Virus record (IMG/VR): IMGVR_UViG_3300017951_000046
Span: 1-36,355 of that record
Length of the DNA stretch: 36,355 nucleotides
Direction: 5' to 3' (one strand)
From: a virus
Taxonomy: Duplodnaviria > Caudoviricetes
Within the stretch, counting starts at the first letter, position 1, and every line of letters begins with the position of its first letter. Under the pieces are notes generated by a model. It saw nothing but the letters and a program-made list of their open reading frames with translations. It searched no databases and was not told where the DNA came from. Shown piece after piece: positions 34,501 through 36,355 of this stretch. A program made the position numbers and the translations under genes.

Positions 34501-36355
34501 GCCCACAGGGTGTTCAAGGTTTCCAAGGACCTGGCGGATTACAAGGTTTACAAGGTTCTGACGGTGCAGGTGCTCAAGGTGCTGCTGGTGCTCAGGGTGC
34601 TGCAGGTATTCAAGGTTCAGATGGTGCTGATGGTGCAGTAGGTCCTCAAGGTATCCAAGGTTTACAAGGTTCTGATGGTGCTCAGGGTGCTGGAGGTTTC
34701 CAAGGTCCTGGAGGTACTGGTGCTCAAGGTATTCAGGGTATCCAAGGTTTAACTGGTTCACAAGGTATCGGTGGTGTTGGTTCTGATGGTTTCCAGGGAA
34801 CACAAGGTATTCAGGGTCCTGAAGGTCCTGATGGTGCTCAAGGTTTACAGGGTGCTGATGGTGGAGATGGTCAACCTGGTCCAAGTGGCCCGCAAGGTCC
34901 TGCTGGTCCTCAAGGTTTACAAGGTATTCAAGGTCCGGCCGCGCCAGGTGCTCAGGGTGTTTTAGGTAATCAGGGTGTTCAAGGTTTACAGGGGCCGCAA
35001 GGTCTTCAAGGTTTATTAGGTCCACAAGGTGCTGGAGGCACAGGTCCACAGGGTATTCAGGGTCCATTCGGTCCACAGGGTATTGGTGGAGACGGAAACC
35101 AAGGTGTTCAAGGTATTCAAGGATTCCAAGGTGTTCAGGGTGGTCCAGGTGTTGGTGCAGATGGTCCACAAGGTCCACAGGGACCTCAAGGTTTCCAAGG
35201 CCCAGCTGGTGACCCAGGTGATGGTGGTGTTCAGGGTGCTGATGGAGCGATTGGTCCTCAAGGTGTTCAAGGTTATTCTGGTTCCGGTTTACAAGGTATT
35301 CAAGGTGGATTTGGACCACAAGGACCTCAAGGTTTAGCTGGTTCTGGTGGTGGAGATGGTCCACAAGGTCCTAGAGGTTTCCAAGGAGATGCTGGTCCAC
35401 AAGGTGCTGGTGGTGGTGTCGGTGGAGAAGGTCCACAGGGTCCTGCCGGTCCTCAAGGTGAGCAAGGTTTAGGTGGATTTGGACCACAAGGTATTCAAGG
35501 ACCTCAAGGTCAAGCTGGTGCTGGTGGAACTGGCCCACAGGGTATTCAGGGTATAACAGGTGAACCTGGCCCAGGTGGTGGTGAAGGTACACAGGGTGCT
35601 ACTGGAGCAATTGGTCCACAAGGTGCTGGCGGTACAATAGGTTCAACTGGTCTCCAAGGTGTCCAAGGTCCTCAAGGTACTAGAGGTATTCAAGGCTTTA
35701 TCGGTCTAACTGGTAATCAAGGTCCATTAGGTAATCAGGGTGTTCAAGGACCTGCCGGATCTGGTAATGCTACACAAATTCAAACAAATAATATTCATGG
35801 TTCAGCATTAGATGCAACACCTATGTTCCTCACATTTGTGCAGGATAGTTCAACTGCTAGACCATTATATGCCACAACTGGTCCAAACCCAGGTGGTCAT
35901 TCTAACTTCTTCTACACAAATAATATTGACGAATTACAGTTAGAGAATATTACAATTCAAGGTTCTGCTACACTTGGTGGGTCAACAATTACTTCATGGC
36001 CTTCAGGTGGTGGTTCACAAAACTTATTTGATAAGATTGCTGTATCTGGTCAAACAACGGTTGCTGCAGATAATACTGCTGATACATTGACATTTGTTGC
36101 TGGTACTAATATGACCATTACAACAGATGCTACAACTGATGAAATTACATTCGCATCATCTGGTGGAGGTGGTTCACAGAATGTATTCGATAAGGTTGCT
36201 GTGGCTGGTCAAACAACAATTGCAGCCGATAGTACTACTGATACATTGACATTTGTTGCTGGTACAAATATTACTATTACAACTGATGCTACCACTGATA
36301 GTGTGACAATTAACTCCACTGGTGGCGGTGGCGGTATTTCTGATGTTGTATCAGA
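31599..36355 (+). CDS. Collagen-like (Gly-X-Gln) fibre protein, 3'-truncated (>1580 aa), absent from the ORF track
   Basis: ATG 31599 reads MSFGTTSGKNKFIGFGIPQAFP... and the same frame still reads as sense at the window end (...SVTINSTGGGGGISDVVS). Extensive GIQ/GPQ/GVQ/GLQ triplets are separated by globular domains. Confidence 0.92.
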   Translation, partial: MSFGTTSGKNKFIGFGIPQAFPITLDATVYEGAVLYAENDKLYVSDGTSWVEIGAGPQGIQGLTGIQGTQGVQGAYGPGFTIIGSVADVDVDPPNDPQATLNAAFPSANIGEGVIDEADDELWIYVGSSTWVNIGSFRGVQGFQGVTGPQGLQGPLGNEGIQGERGFRGFQGEAGPQGAQGIQGDLGIQGIQGRRGPQGVQGITGIQGDLGIQGTQGRAGPQGTTGIQGDTGIQGVQGYTGSYGGVSFEYDFDTSVVVADPTQSKFRFNNVLADQTTIISIDAIAKNLGDITELFDSLDDVAGPVKGYIQITNIADNQKFITYEITEITDNGGWAQFNVNYLTATATVGNLTADPACIISFTRTGTQGTQGVQGTTGIQGFTGIQGEIGPQGTQGVQGTTGIQGDVGIQGSTGPQGIQGTTGSQGLQGNQGVQGSTGDFGGITYDYDYDNNTTDADPGPGTIRFSNVNLANTDINLWIDDVDDNGLTVMDDIGAELSAVTGGPKGYVRIIDATDLGTQALFRIDAVADKTGYWQLTVNHLVGATALANGSDVRVSFIRNGDQGVQGVQGVQGVQGNFGPQGVQGVQGDFGPQGVQGVQGDFGPIGPQGVQGITGIQGERGLQGDTGATGLQGIQGTTGTQGATGIQGLQGLQGEQGQYGGLTFIWNFVNNTIGGTDPGTNNFKFNNANPQSANLITIDDIPADQYNQEVDDFFDFIAGQPGTVKGYLKIQEGNYDDGNGPAGHHWLVYEITGWTWDGVGKNYGYFDVNFVDGNVTSWETSVNQVHGPATLITFVPRGPAGIQGPQGTTGIQGLQGRTGAGVQGPQGLQGTDGLQGTEGSFGGITFDYTFLTDTLNNRPQAGNLKLNNSTYASATALYIDDRDDNFVNIEPFLRTIDDSTSPIKGHFRITKKSQPEVFQIFTISALTELTGYFNVTCAFVSGNGTFVDQEDVTITFARTGDVGATGPAGPQGVQGFQGPGGLQGLQGSDGAGAQGAAGAQGAAGIQGSDGADGAVGPQGIQGLQGSDGAQGAGGFQGPGGTGAQGIQGIQGLTGSQGIGGVGSDGFQGTQGIQGPEGPDGAQGLQGADGGDGQPGPSGPQGPAGPQGLQGIQGPAAPGAQGVLGNQGVQGLQGPQGLQGLLGPQGAGGTGPQGIQGPFGPQGIGGDGNQGVQGIQGFQGVQGGPGVGADGPQGPQGPQGFQGPAGDPGDGGVQGADGAIGPQGVQGYSGSGLQGIQGGFGPQGPQGLAGSGGGDGPQGPRGFQGDAGPQGAGGGVGGEGPQGPAGPQGEQGLGGFGPQGIQGPQGQAGAGGTGPQGIQGITGEPGPGGGEGTQGATGAIGPQGAGGTIGSTGLQGVQGPQGTRGIQGFIGLTGNQGPLGNQGVQGPAGSGNATQIQTNNIHGSALDATPMFLTFVQDSSTARPLYATTGPNPGGHSNFFYTNNIDELQLENITIQGSATLGGSTITSWPSGGGSQNLFDKIAVSGQTTVAADNTADTLTFVAGTNMTITTDATTDEITFASSGGGGSQNVFDKVAVAGQTTIAADSTTDTLTFVAGTNITITTDATTDSVTINSTGGGGGISDVVS
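33282..33407 (+). repeat. Tandem DNA repeats in the collagen gene: four 9-bp units (CARGGTGTN) followed by about 2.5 36-bp units (QG[N/D]FGPQGVQGV)
   Basis: Read directly from the sequence. Confidence 0.8.

Noticed and set aside
34486-35364. 292-aa minus-strand His/Leu/Gln-rich ORF and neighbouring short ORFs (32676-35592)
   Set aside because: These are antisense or off-frame shadows of the repetitive Gly-X-Gln codons; the real gene is the + strand frame from 31599.
36018-36318. Duplicated module as a diversity-generating retroelement template/variable repeat pair
   Set aside because: Differences between copies are largely synonymous and not adenine-specific, all copies are coding, and no reverse transcriptase is present in the window.
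1-36355. tRNA, rRNA, introns, inteins, homing endonucleases or intrinsic terminators
   Set aside because: Intergenic gaps are 50 nt or shorter, no convincing hairpin plus U-tract was seen, and no intein or endonuclease motifs were recognised.

Overview
Late structural gene region of a large, AT-rich T4-like myovirus whose gene set resembles marine T4-like phages; the host cannot be determined from this window. All credible genes are on the + strand, in this order: gp5 hub (5'-truncated, no lysozyme domain), a helical protein ending in an M15-type peptidase domain, gp25, gp6, gp7 fused to an alpha/beta-hydrolase, a gp9/gp10-like protein, a subtilase with an inserted cupredoxin-like domain, gp8, a VrlC/DUF4815-like protein, a small ORF, an S74-chaperoned fibre, a 3511-aa giant protein, a 147-aa ORF, and a collagen-like fibre of more than 1580 aa that runs off the 3' end and is missing from the ORF track. 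Seven ATAAATA late-promoter motifs were found. The most striking signal is in the 3511-aa protein. It carries 11 intact and 1 degenerate helical repeats of about 140-160 aa whose motif (L-x-x-N-R/K-x-x-I...K-C-x-R-D-x-G-Y) matches the bilin-binding Cys84/Arg86/Asp87 region of phycobiliproteins, so the virion may display a tandem phycobiliprotein-like array. Also notable are several hydrolase domains in the baseplate cluster and a near-total absence of GTWAC. All family assignments come from motif recognition by eye, not database searches.
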